Assembly (NCBI RefSeq): GCF_963921235.1
Contig: NC_086108.1
Span: 30,134,001 to 30,198,000 of the forward strand
Direction of reading: 5' to 3'
From: Mobula hypostoma
Lineage: Eukaryota
DNA: 64,000 nt
This document shows positions 1 through 11,798 of the stretch, one piece after another. The translations under genes and the position numbers were made by a program. Positions within the stretch are counted from its first letter, which is position 1. Each line of letters opens with the position of its first letter. Below the pieces are notes generated by a model. The model was not told where the DNA came from and did not search any database. It saw nothing but the letters and a program-made list of their open reading frames with translations.

Positions 1-1771
1 TCTAAGGAGAACTGAACTGAGACTAGCCAGGATCTCAGACAACGTTGCCAGACTTATGGAGACCTCATGAAGGACTGACCTTGGTTCACAATGTGGATTG
101 GGGTGCAGTCCAGCATTTACTTGTTTACTCCTGCTGGGTGTTGCTACAAGAGGGCTACCGACCTCTGCCCCTGCATTAGCCGTCGTCGGCTCCCCCGTCT
201 CAGTTCGAGAAGGAGTCATATTTTTGGAAGATATGCACTCTAGGCTAGGGTCAAGACTCTCTACACCCTGTTCTGACTTATCTTCTACCACTATCACACC
301 ATTCCCTGAATCCTCAGAATCTGATTCATGCCCCAGGGGTGAGCTGGCCTGAGTTACTGGAGATTGCAGTCTCCTTCGGGTAGCTGGAGTGGGATGGTTC
401 TCACAGGGCCTGATGTCGACCCTGTTCACCCTCTTGCTAGGCCCACCCTCCCAAGGTTCCACTGAGTATGTGTTGGCCAGTACCTCTACCAGCCTGTAGA
501 CAGTTGAGTTCCAAGCATCCTGGATCTTATTACAGCCTAATGGTCTGTTCCTCAAGTAAACCAGCACATCCACATCAACACTGGGACAGTGAACTTTGTC
601 CTCCTGCCAGGCACTGTGTTCTGCCGCCTTCTGTTCAGAGTATTCTTTTGCTCTGGCATGCGCATCCCTCAGCTGGCTCTGGTGTGCAGCTAGCCAGTCA
701 TGTTTCTGGTCCACAGTCTGTTCGTGCCCCAGCAGAGCATCCACGGGCAAGTGGGGATCCACCCCAAACAACAGACAGTAAGGGGAATGCCCGGTGGTTG
801 TGTGAGGTGTCACATTATATGCATACACCAACTCGGGTAGATGTTCTGGCCGTCTGCGCTTCTTTCCTGGAGGCAACGTACGCAACAAATCATGCATCGT
901 CCTGTTGAAACGCTCGCACTGCGTGTTTCCAGTAGGATGATGAGGTGTGGTACGGCTTTTCTTTACCACGTATAGTTTGCAAATCTCAGCTATGACTTCA
1001 CTTTTGAAGTTACGGCCCCGGTCAGAATGCAATCTCTTAGGAACACCATACTTCATGAACCATTCCCTCAAGAGCACCCTTGCTGTGGTATCCGCCTTTT
1101 GATCCCGAGTCAGAAATGCTTAGGTGAATTTAGTGAAAACATCCGTGACCACTAAGACATTCTCTTGCTGGCTCCAACACAGTGAAATCTACCGCTACAA
1201 CTTCAAGCGGCCTAGAAGCCAGAAATGACTTCATGGGGAGTGGGGGGTGGGGGTGGATCCTAGGTTGAGGCATCTTAGTTAGTACACACTGTGGACAATT
1301 TTTGATCCACTGTGCCATATCCTCGTGTATACCCACCCAAAAACATCAGCTTCTCAACAACGTCAGAGTACGTTCTATGCCTTGATAGCCTATGGAGTCA
1401 TGTATATAATCTAACAGTTTGCTCCTCAAGCTGATAGCAGACATCCCACCCTGCAAAAACTCACTTCAGGGAGGTAGCACCACCATTTCAGGGAGGTAGC
1501 ACCCCCGCCCCCCACAACCCCATATCCCTCCCCCCCTCCCCAGTCGACCCCCAAGGGTGTATGTAATACTTTGTTTAGTGATTTTGTCTAATTTGTAAAC
1601 CAAGTTGGATATATGCAGAAAATGTGACATTAAAATATGTACTTATATTATATTATATTATATTATCATGTTTATTCCATTACTACTTTAAGCAAGTCTA
1701 CAGGAAGTTTGGCCTCAACACGTAGGACATCAATAGTGTAGCTCCTTGGCAGCTAGCCAACTAGTTTAAAT

Positions 1772-2976
1772 CAGGGGTCCCCAACCTGTTTTGCACCGCG
1801 GACCAATTTAATATTGACAAAATTTTTGCGGACCGGCCGACCCCGGGGCGAGGTGGGGGGGCCGGTGTGGGTGGGTGTTAAACGTGACCGGAATATAGGT
1901 GATAAGTCAAGTATAAGTCACTTGTAAGTGGCTAATACACTCAATTTTGTTTCTAAAGGGGTTTATCTAACGAATTTAATATTAAACACATCAGGCATAT
2001 TTTCCTCGCATGAATATAGTGGTAAGTCAATTATAACAGTGGTCCCAAACCTCCAGGCTGTGAAGAATGCAGCAGTACAGTGGTGGCCAGAATGAACCCA
2101 GCACATCTTTAAGAAAAAAAGTCGAAATAAACAAGCTAATTAATTAGGTGCCGCCTGGCACGTAAATGTCGGCCCAGATCAGAAACGACACAGTTGGCAA
2201 TCGCCTCTGATCTGGACCGACATTTACGTGCCGGGTGACACGTAATTAATTAGCTTGTTTATTTCGGCTTTTTTCTTAAAGATGTTCTGGGTGCGTTCCG
2301 GCCACCGCTGTATTCCTCACAGCCCGGAAGCTGGGGACTACTGAATTATAAGTCACTGATAGGTCAATAGCATCATAACATTTTAAGTAACTTTTGGATA
2401 TTAAACACACAGCCCATATTTTCCTCGTATGAACATATAAAATCATTGCAACACACCAATACCTGTATTGCTGAGTCAGTGGGAGCCCTGGGCTTGTTTC
2501 CCTGCAACAAGACGGTCCCATCGAGGGGTGACGGGAGACAGCGATACTCGAAGGGGGTTCCTTATGTCCAGTCTATTCCGCAATTTAGTTTTCGTTGCAT
2601 TCATTGCAGAAAACTCCGCTTCGCAGAAATATGTTGGAAATGGAAGTAAGTTTTCAGTGCTTTCGTGGCTATCTCAAGATATTCAGCCTTGACTTTGATC
2701 CAGAATGCCAGCAGAGATGTTATATCAAACATACTTTTCAGCCCACCGTCATTTGTAAGCTCGAGGAGTTGATCTTTTTCCCGTGCTGACGTGGATGATT
2801 CACTGGGGACATTCACAAATGGATCACGGACCCATTCCTTTGCACGTCTTGGGTGACTGATGAACTTGCGTGTATTAAAATTCAGCAGTGAGTGTGACAG
2901 GGAACGAGGAAAGGTGCAGCTGACTCATCTTGCCAAATCACATCGTTTCCTCGTGGCCCAGTGGTTGGGGACCACT
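1772..2976 (-). mobile_element. hAT (Charlie-like) deletion derivative with a transposase C-terminal remnant
   Basis: Termini CAGGGGTCCCCAACC (1772) and GGTTGGGGACCACT (~2963-2976). ORF 2601-2816 (SLLAFWIKVKAEYLEIATKALK) resembles the hAT dimerisation domain. No right-hand TSD seen. Confidence 0.75.
2037..2343. mobile_element. Foldback hAT-type MITE
   Basis: Near-complete 307-bp palindrome, CAGTGGTCCC...GGGGACTACTG, with a perfect 8-bp TSD AATTATAA (2029-2036, 2344-2351). Confidence 0.9.
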
Positions 2977-4839
2977 CTTAGCACGAAGAGAGACCAATCA
3001 GGATGCTCGCTCTCCCTCTCCCTCTTCCTCTCAAAAAAATCTATTTCCAGGATATTGTATATAATTTCCGGGCGTCAGGGAGTCACTATCGATATGCGGG
3101 AGACTGCCGGAACTTCCGGGAGAGGTGGGATGTCTGTGATAGGTATCAGAAACCGGTAACACTCCCCAGCTTCTCGTCCCCAACTACCCTATACAGTAAC
3201 CCTTTGTGCTCCCTGATACTGTCCCAGTGCTTTAACAGAGACAAAATAGGTCTAGACACAGTTTTACGCTCCTGGCCGCTCAGCTTTCTTTTCTGATCCT
3301 ATAAGTCTCTTAGGACACCTAACACAGGGTCTTGCTGCTGAAAAGTACGCAAGTCCCTATTAGAATAACCTGGGAGGGTTGGAGTGTTCACTTGCATTGG
3401 ACCACTTACATCACTAGTACCAGCTTCCCAGGCTCGAATCTGCTTAACCCTACAGCTGTTAAGACCAGCGGTAACCAGTACCGGGTCAAGAGCAGTGCCG
3501 CGATTGACCAAACTACCGATCGCCACAGACCTATCAAACTCCGCATCCTCTGAGGCAGGCTCAGGCTCCCCTGCAAATGGCTGCCTAGAAAGTGCATCAG
3601 CCATGGTATCGGTCCAGCCGGATGATACTGGACATCGAAGTCAAACACTGACAGCTGTGAGATCCATCTCTGCTCCACTGCTCCCAACTTGGCAGCTTTC
3701 AAGTGGGATAGGGGGTTATTGTCAGTGATTTCAGTGAATTTGGAACCCAACAGGTAACCACAAAACTTCTCCACTACAGCCCACGTAAGTGCAAGCAGCT
3801 CCAATTTCATGCGGCTATAATTCCTATCATTCTTCTTGGCAATCCTTAATCGCCGGCTTGCGTATGTGATAACCCTCTTTCCCCCTCCCTACTGTTGGTA
3901 TAACACAGCTCCTAGCCCATGATTGCTGGCGTCGGTCTCCACTATAAAGGGCTGGAAGAAATTGGCAAAGCCAAGGATGGGGGATCTCGTCAGTTTCTCT
4001 TTGAGCAAGTCAAAGGCAGTCTGGCATTCTTCCGTCCAAGACTATTGTAACAGCCAGTTTGTTTTACTTGGACTCCCTACATTAGTACACAAATTCACTA
4101 CATCATGCAGTGGACCTGCAATCTTTGAGAATCCCTGAATGAATCGTCAGTAATAACTGCAAAAGCCAAGAAACGATTTTAAGTCCTTAACTGTCGATGG
4201 TACTGGCCACTGCTGAACAGCTGAGACCTCCTCAGGATCGGTGCCTATCCCCTTGGCTGATATCTGCCATCCTAAGAACTTGACCTCTGACTGTAGAAAA
4301 TGACACTTCTCCAACTTTACCTTCAGACCAGTCTCCTTGAGGCACTTAAGTGCAGTGTCGAGCCTCTCCAAGTGTTCCTGGAAAGTCTGTGAATGCACCA
4401 CAATATCATCCAAGTACACAAGCATGATTTGGAAGACTAAGTCATTCATGGTTGCCTGCGAGAGCCTTTGAAAAGTCGCCGGTCCATTGCAGACCCCAAG
4501 TGGCATGAGACGGTATTCATACAGACCAAACAGGGTCGATAAAGCAGTCTTATGTCTATCATGCTCGCAGGTCTATTGTCAAGAAAAATTGCCCTCCCCA
4601 CAGGTCGTCAAAACTCTCATCAATACACGGGTGCGGGAACACGTCCTTTCAGGTCTTAAGATTCAGTCTCCGATAATCTACACGCAGTCTTATGCTACTA
4701 TCAGCCTTCTGGTACTGATTCGGCGATACGTGACGGTATGCCTAAGTACACTTTTAACGATAATAAGATTCGACAGTCACCCGGTTACATCTTGTTGCCC
4801 CTGGTTATTGAGCCATTCACCTCGGTTAAACATCTTCAG

Positions 4840-6670
4840 ACATGAGAAACAGGTCGATGGGGTGATTAAGAAGGCTTATGGAATGCTTGCTTTTATTATT
4901 CGTGGCACTGAGTTCAGAAATCAAGGGGTTATGTTGCAGCTCTGGTTAGGCCACGTCTGGAGTATTGCATAGAGTTCTGGTCGCCACATCATAGGAAGGA
5001 TGTTGAGGCTTTGGAGAGGGTGCAGAAGAGGTTTACCAGGATGCTGCCTGGTTTTGAGGGTATGAGCTATCATGAGAGGCTGGATAAACTTGGGTTGTTT
5101 AGTTTGAAGTGGTGGATGCTGAGCGGAGATCTGATGGAGGATTATAACATTATGAGAGGTTTAGAGCAGATAAGGAGTATCTTTTTCCCAGGGTAGAAAT
5201 GTCTAATACTAGAGGGCATGCATTGAAGGTGAGAGGGGGTAGGTTGAAGGTGTCACGATGGGTTGCTGGGAACAGACCCAAGTACGAGACTCACACACTG
5301 AAGTACAAGGACTTGACTGGAGTAGGGACGTGACAGGATACAGGCAAGGAGCAGGGACCAGAATGCAGACTTGGGCTAGGGAAAGCGGGACCAGGACTAG
5401 AAACCATGGAACCTGGGCCTTGCCTCAGGCTTGGACCCCAGAACCAGGCAAGGACATGACATGGCTTCAGGACAGGACGTGGCTGGGGTCTAGAGGCCTG
5501 AACTTGGAGACAGGCTGGGGACTTTGCTCTTGAGGCTTGAGGCTGGGGTCTTGGGTATTGAGCTTGTCTTGGGATCTTCGAGGCTTGGGTTCTTGGAGTT
5601 TGGCTGCGGGATCCTCGAGGCTTGGGCTCTTGGAATGTGGAAGCTGATAACTTGGAGGCTGGATCTTGGAGACAGACTAGGAACTGTACATAAACAGAGA
5701 GCTGGGACTCATCTTTAACTCGACACTAACACGAGACTGGACAGTATATAGACATTGAGCCGGGACTCATCCATAGACAAGCCAGGACTCAACTTTATCT
5801 CCACACCAAGGTGGGACAGGACCACCTGTTGGGTAACGGCAAAACAGCCAGACTTACCCAATGGAGGCGAGGACAAGACAAGACCGATCTCCCTGCAGGG
5901 CAACAGCAAAACAGCCTGGTTTACCCTACGGAGGAGAGGACAAGAGACAAACACCAAAGAACGACAGACAGTTCCATCTCTGCTCTGGGGAGGCTCCGAG
6001 TCTCAGTTCGGCCAGCAACCTCAGCTGGCTAAGGAAACAGCCAGATCCCTACCTAGCTTGGCGTGGCTGGCAGCCACTCAGCTGGCCCAGGAAACAGCCA
6101 AATCCATACTGCAAAGACAGCTCCGACTACCAACAGCAAGGCTGCATGAAGCAATGGTTCTCCAACACGGCCTAAAGATGGCGAGTGGCTGCTCATGCCT
6201 TCTACCAGCAGGTTGCTCCCATATGATCTTGACAAGACAAACCAGCAGCTCACACTCAACCCCAAAGCTACTTATATCCCAAGCCCCAAGATGGGAATCA
6301 GGTGCCTATGATTAACTCAAACAAGGGACAGTTGGAAGACCCGAAGTCCTGAGTCCACGAACTGGACCATGAACCGGAATGCAGACTTCACGGACTGGAC
6401 CATGACAGAAGGGGGACGTGAGGGATAAGTTTTTTACTCAGAGAGTAGTGAATGCCTGGAATGCACTGCCTGGTATGGTGGTGGAGGCAAATACATCAGA
6501 GGTTTTAAGAAACGTTTGGATGGGCACATGTGTGTAAAGAAGATGAAGGGATATAGACATTGTGTAGGTCGGAAGGGTTAGTGCTTGCATGTTTTTGGTT
6601 TGCTATCTAGATGGTTCAGCACAACATTGTGGGTCGAATGACCTGTTCCTGTGCATCTTCTATGTTCTAT
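4840..6670 (+). mobile_element. CR1 LINE 3' fragment split by a solo LTR
   Basis: ERVQKRFTRMLPG...LGLFSL (5011-5196). CR1 sequence resumes after 6412 and ends in a TTCTATG-like tail. Confidence 0.85.
5251..6407. mobile_element. Solo LTR, copy 1
   Basis: TGTCA...TGACA termini with a 5-bp TSD GAAGG (5246-5250, 6408-6412). Homologous to 43887-45288. Confidence 0.9.
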
Positions 6671-7239
6671 TATTTATTCTATCCAGACGGTTCATCTATT
6701 TAAACTTTCAAACCCATTAGACTTTGCTTCACTAAAGAAAACCAACCCCAGCTTCTTTGGCCTACCTTGCTCATCTGGAGAATAGTGAGGGGAGGGGGTG
6801 TGAAGGAAGCGGTAGGGAGGTTACATGGCTACTCCAGATTTAGGAGAGGAAAGAGTATCTGGATCTCCTTCTGCTGAACCTGTATATGAGCGGCAAAGGT
6901 GGAGACTAGCTATCACCCCAGATACTGACTGAACCAAATTTCTACAAGATTGAAGCAGTGCTAGAAGAAGCTTAGCCAAACATACAAAGGTGGTGCATTG
7001 TTATGCCATAGGGACATCAGATTTCATTATTCAACCCCAATGCCCACTGAATATCAGCAATGCTTCACACAGGACTTTTCCTACAGGTGGGACTTTCTCC
7101 CAATCAGACCCATTGCAAGAACACGGCTAAGGAAGAAAAGACACTGCTGTCTGCAATGATCTCAAACTGTTCTGAAGAGCTTCAGTATTTGTGAGCCACC
7201 TACACACACATCATTTTATGGACCAAAAATTGTTTGGTG

Positions 7240-7456
7240 TTAAATACACGTGATTCTGCAGATGCTGGAAATCCAGAGAAATACCCACAAAATGCTGGAG
7301 GAATTTAGCAATTCAGCCAGCATCTATAGAAATGAATAAACTGTCGACGTTTCGGGCCGAGACCCTTCAGGATCTCAGCCTGAAGCATCGACCGTTTGTT
7401 CATTTGTGGAGATGCTGCCTGACCTGCAGAGTTCCTTCAACATTTTGTTTGTGTGG
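7240..7456. repeat. Two Penelope terminal fragments joined in inverted orientation
   Basis: cacaaaatgctggagg...cagcatct on the left is mirrored by agatgctg...caacattttgt on the right. The same motif ends the Penelope copies at ~18350-18405 and ~29140-29220. Confidence 0.65.
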
Positions 7457-7509
7457 TTTGTTGTTAAACATAGTTTACCGAACCACACATAAAGCAGAGG
7501 GGAATTCGG

Positions 7510-8285
7510 TAACAAACAAGAGAAAATCTGCAAATGCTGGAAATCCAAGGCCAGGCAGCATCTATGGAAAAGAGAACAGTTGACATTTTGGACCGACACC
7601 CTTCAGCAGGACTGGAGAAAAAAAGATGAGAAGTAGAGTGAAAAGGTGGGGGGTGGGGGGAGGGTAGGGAGAAACACAAGGTGATGGGTGAAACTGGGAG
7701 AGGGAGGAGTGAAATGAAGAGCTGAGAAGTTGATTGGTGAAAGATATACAGGGCTGGAGAAGGGGGAGTCTGCTAGGAGAGGACAGAAGGCCATGGAAAG
7801 AAGAAAAGGGGTGGAGTACCAGAGGGAAGTGATGGGCAGGCAAGGAGATAAGTTGAGAGAGGGAAAACGAGTTGTGGAATGGTCATTACCAGAAGTTCAA
7901 GAAATCAGTGCTCATGCCATCAGGTTGGAGGCTACCCAAACGGAATATAAGGTGTTGTTCCTCCATCCTGTGTGTGGTCTCATCACGACAGTGGAGAAGG
8001 CCATGGATAGACATATCGGAATGGGAATGGGAAGTGGAATTAAAATGGGTGGTCACTGGGAGATCCCTGCTTTTTTGTTGGACAGAGCATAGATGTTCGG
8101 CAAAGCCATCTCCCAATCTATATCGGGTCTCACCGATATACAGGCGGCCACGCCGGGACTGCTGGACACAATAAATGACCCCAACAGACTCACAGGTGTA
8201 GTGCCGCCTCACCTGGAAGGACCTAAACGGTAGTGAGGGAGGAGATGTAGGGGAAGGTGTAGCGCTTGTTTCACTTGCAAGAATA
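7510..8285 (-). mobile_element. Penelope-like element 3' part (GIY-YIG endonuclease)
   Basis: ORF 7886-8359 contains YTCESVGVIYCV...LYIGETRYRLGDGFAEHL...GSLQPDGM. Confidence 0.9.
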
Positions 8286-8289
8286 TCCT

Positions 8290-8660
8290 GACAAATGTCC
8301 AGTGTGCAAAAGAAGACTAACTGTGAAAATACAAACAAACAAACAAACATCGAGAACATGAAAGTGTGTCTGTAGGTTGTGGAATCAGTTCAGTGTTAGT
8401 GTGAGTGAGGTTATCCACTCCGGTTTAGGAGCCTGAAGCTTGAAGGGTGGTAGTTGTTCCTGAACCTGGTGGTGTGGGTCCTGAAGCTCCTGCACCATCT
8501 TCCTGATGGCAGCAACGAGAAGAGACTATGGGCTGGATGGTGGGTGTCCCTGACGATGCATGCTGCTTTCTTGGGGCCTCTCTTCTTGTAGATGTGTTCA
8601 ATGGTGGGGAGGGTCTTATCTTGTGATGGACTGGGCTGTATCCATCAGATTTTGTAGGCA
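8290..8660 (-). mobile_element. Rex1/Babar-like LINE 3' fragment
   Basis: cctgaacctggtggtgtgg...tcttcctgatggcagc motif shared with 55677-56220, 58240-58900 and 62490-63160. Confidence 0.6.
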
Positions 8661-9229
8661 TAGGCTACAAAATCACAGGCACTGATTTAATACATTTATA
8701 TGTTTGGATATGTTTAAATCCCCATGACACATCACACTCTGTGGGATTATCTTTATGCTTCAAAAATCTCCATCAGCTCAATTAATCTGTTTTGCCTTGT
8801 GTCTCCACATTAGGACAGATTTTATCAGGATGGTTAACATGTAGACGGACACTATGTCAAACAAAGTCAATTACTACCCTGTGCTGAATTAGCCGAGGCA
8901 ACGGTACAGATGGGAAAGTCAGCCACGTTTGCAGAGAAGAGATTAAAAAACTACAGTCTGGTTCCCACATTTGACTTGATGACGAATATTGGAAAATGTC
9001 CTTGGGAAGTATATTTTAACTTGATTTAGCACCTTCAGAAAAAGAATGGAAAAATTGGGGGTAAAGTTAAAGAACAGAATCTCCTTATAGTTGTGGAATA
9101 CTAATTATAAATAGTCACTACATTGTGTGGTGAAGTGGGTCAATTGTGCCACACAGAGGTGGGTTGAAAATAAACAAAAGTGACTTCAGGTTTCATGGAG
9201 GAACCTTAATTACTTGTTTTTAGATTTGC

Positions 9230-11000
9230 TGGGAAACAATGCTGGAGAGGCAGTAATGGGGGACAACAAATGGAGGACGAACTGAACTAGTATTTTGCAC
9301 CAGTCTTCACTGTTGAAGACACTAGCAGTATGGTGGAAGTTCCAAGTGTCAAGGGTCATGATGTGTTAAGTTGCCATAACTAGAGAGAAGGTTCTTGGGA
9401 AATTGATTGGTAGATAAGTCACCCAGACCAGATGGTATATATCCCAGGGTTCTGAAAGAGGTGGCTGAAGAGATTATGGAGACATTAGTAATAATCTTTC
9501 AAGAACCACTAGATTTTGGAATGGTTCTGGAAGACTGCAAAAATTGAAGATGTCACTCCACTCTTCAAGAAGGGAGAGAGGCAGAAGAAAAGAAACTATA
9601 AGCCAGTTAGTCTTAGTGGTTGGGAAGATGTTGAAGCTGATTATTAAGGATGAAGTCTCGGGGTACTTGGAGGCACATGATAAAATAGGCCATAGTCAAC
9701 ATGGCTTCCTCAAGGGGAAATCTTGCCTGTCAAATTTGTTGGAATCCTTTGAAGAAGTAACAAGCTGGATAGATAAAGGAGACTCAGTTGATGTTGTTTA
9801 CTTGGATTTTCAGAAGGTCTTTGACAAGGTGCCACACATGAGGCTGCTTAACAAGCTACAAGCCTATGATAATACAGGAAAGATTCTAGCACAGATAAAG
9901 CGGTGGCTGATTGGCAGGAGGCAAAGAGTGAGAATAAAGGGAGCCCTTTTTAGTTGGCTGTCAGTGACTAGTGGTGTTCCACAATGTCTGTGTTGGGGCC
10001 AATTCTCTTTTTTTTGTTATATGTCAATGATTTGGGTGATGGAATTGATGGCTTTGTTGCAAAGTTTGCAGACGATATGAAGATGTGCAGAGCAGGTTGT
10101 TTTGAGGAAGTAGAGAGGCTACAGAAGGACTTGGATAGATTAAGAGAATGGGCAAAGAAATGGCGGATGGAATACAGTGTTGGCAAATGTATGGTCATGC
10201 GCTTTGGTAGAAGAAAGGAAAGAGTTGACTATTTTCTAAATAGAGAGGAAATACAAAAAAACTGAGGCACTGAATGTCTTGGGAGTCCTTGTGAAGGATT
10301 CCCTAAAGGTTAATTTGCAGGCTGAGTCTGTGGTGAGGAAGGCAAATGCTATGTTAACAATCATTTCAAAAGGACTAGAATATAAAAGCAAGGACGAAAT
10401 GTTAAGACTTTATAAAGCACTGGTGAGGCCTCACGTGGACTATTGTGAGCTGTTTTGGGCCATTTATCATAGAGAGGATGTGATGAACCTAAAGAGGATT
10501 CACAGGAGGTTCACGAAAATGATTCCAGGATTGAAAAGCTTATCATATGATGAGCACCTGATGGCTCTGGGCGGGTATTCACTAGAATTCAGAAGAATGA
10601 GGGGTGACATCATTGAAACCTATTGAATGGTGAAAGGCCTTAATAGAGTGGATGTTAAAAGGATGTTTCCTGTGGTGCAGGAGTCTAAGACCAGAGGACA
10701 CAGCCTCAGAATAGAGGGGCGTCCTTTTACAATGGAGACGAGGAGGAATTTTTTTAGGCAGCGAGTGGAGAATCTGTGCAATTCTTTGCCACAGGCAGCT
10801 GTCGAGGCCAAGTCTTGATATATATATATATATATAAGGCAGAGGTTGATAGATTCTTGACTGGTCAGGACATAAAGGGTTATGGAGAGAAGGCAGGAGA
10901 TTGGGGCTGAGAGGAAAAATGGACCAGCCATGATGAAATAGCAGAGCAGACTCAATGAGCCAAATGGCCTAATTCTGCTCCTGTATCTTATGGTCTTGTG
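9230..11000 (+). mobile_element. CR1 LINE ORF2 (RT) with 3' end, degenerate
   Basis: QHGFLKGKSCLSNL, VYLDFQKVFDKVPH, SGVPQ, AKFADD (9544-10265) and a CR1 C-terminus. Confidence 0.92.
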
Positions 11001-11049
11001 AAGGTTTTGATGTATCTCAGTTTTAAATGACTGTCTCCTAATTTTGTAT

Positions 11050-11240
11050 TTATGTCCCCACATATGAGTAGGTGCCCTGGTTTCCTCCCACAGTCTGAAG
11101 ACGTACTGACAAGTTTGTCTATTGGTCACAGTAAATTGTCTTGTGATTAGGCTCAGGTTAAACAGGTGGTTTGCTGGGCGACATGGCTTGTTGGATCAAA
11201 AGGGCCAATCACGTGCCGTGTATCCGAATTGAAATAAAAA
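11050..11240 (+). mobile_element. V-SINE/HE1-like SINE fragment
   Basis: ggtttcctcccacagtctgaagacgt core with an aataaa tail. Related to 30080-30270. Confidence 0.6.
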
Positions 11241-11798
11241 ATTAAATAGATCCAATGAAGTTAGGTCATGCTTTGCTAGTTAACTACTTTAGAAGAAAAT
11301 TGGTCAAGTGTTTATCAATGTTAAGAAATGGAAGTAATTGCAGGAGAAATGATGAAGGCCAGAGTTGTCGGTACCTCTGGATGGTCCAAGATTGCCCAGA
11401 AATTAAGCCTGGTATGAAGGATGACAGTTGGGGGAGGGGGATGTTTGTGGTGGGGCGGGATTGTTGAGTTGTGGAGGGGGAAGAGAGGGCATATTGGAAT
11501 TCTTATTCTCTTTTTATTAGTGTTAAAATACAGGAAATGGTGTTTGGGAAGGGAAGAGGTAAGTCGTGTAAGACCAAAAATGTGTTGATAAACTGGAACC
11601 AAAATTTTCTTTTCTTTATCAATCTTTTTATTAATTTAAAAAAGTACATATATACAAGCAAGAGGAGAATTATCTCAAATATCTATATCGATAACAATAC
11701 ATATAAAAGATAAAATAAACATTATCAAGATCATACATAGTATTAATCTAATAGCGTATAACAAAAAATAAGATAATCAATTCTCCTTTTATCATTTC

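Larger units (their letters stand above)
1438..3136. mobile_element. Non-autonomous DNA transposon with 13-bp TIRs and a 6-bp TSD
   Basis: CAGACATCCCACC at 1438-1450 and its exact reverse complement GGTGGGATGTCTG at 3124-3136. TGATAG flanks both sides (1432-1437, 3137-3142). Gypsy pol continues on either side. Confidence 0.85.
1..4789 (-). mobile_element. Degenerate Gypsy/Ty3 LTR retrotransposon pol (RT, RNase H, integrase), interrupted at 1438-3136; runs off the left edge
   Basis: RT MPLGVCNGPATFQR...VYLDDIVV (4147-4506). RNase H KLELLALTWAVVEKF...TDNNPLSHL (3406-3810) and ADALSR (3299-3604). Integrase zinc finger CPQC and RPLEVVAVDFT (1130-1336). Many frameshifts. Right boundary is uncertain. 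Confidence 0.9.

Noticed and set aside
5755..6315. 186-aa ORF as a gene
   Set aside because: It lies inside a solo LTR, has no recognisable domain and is not kept as one ORF in the second copy.
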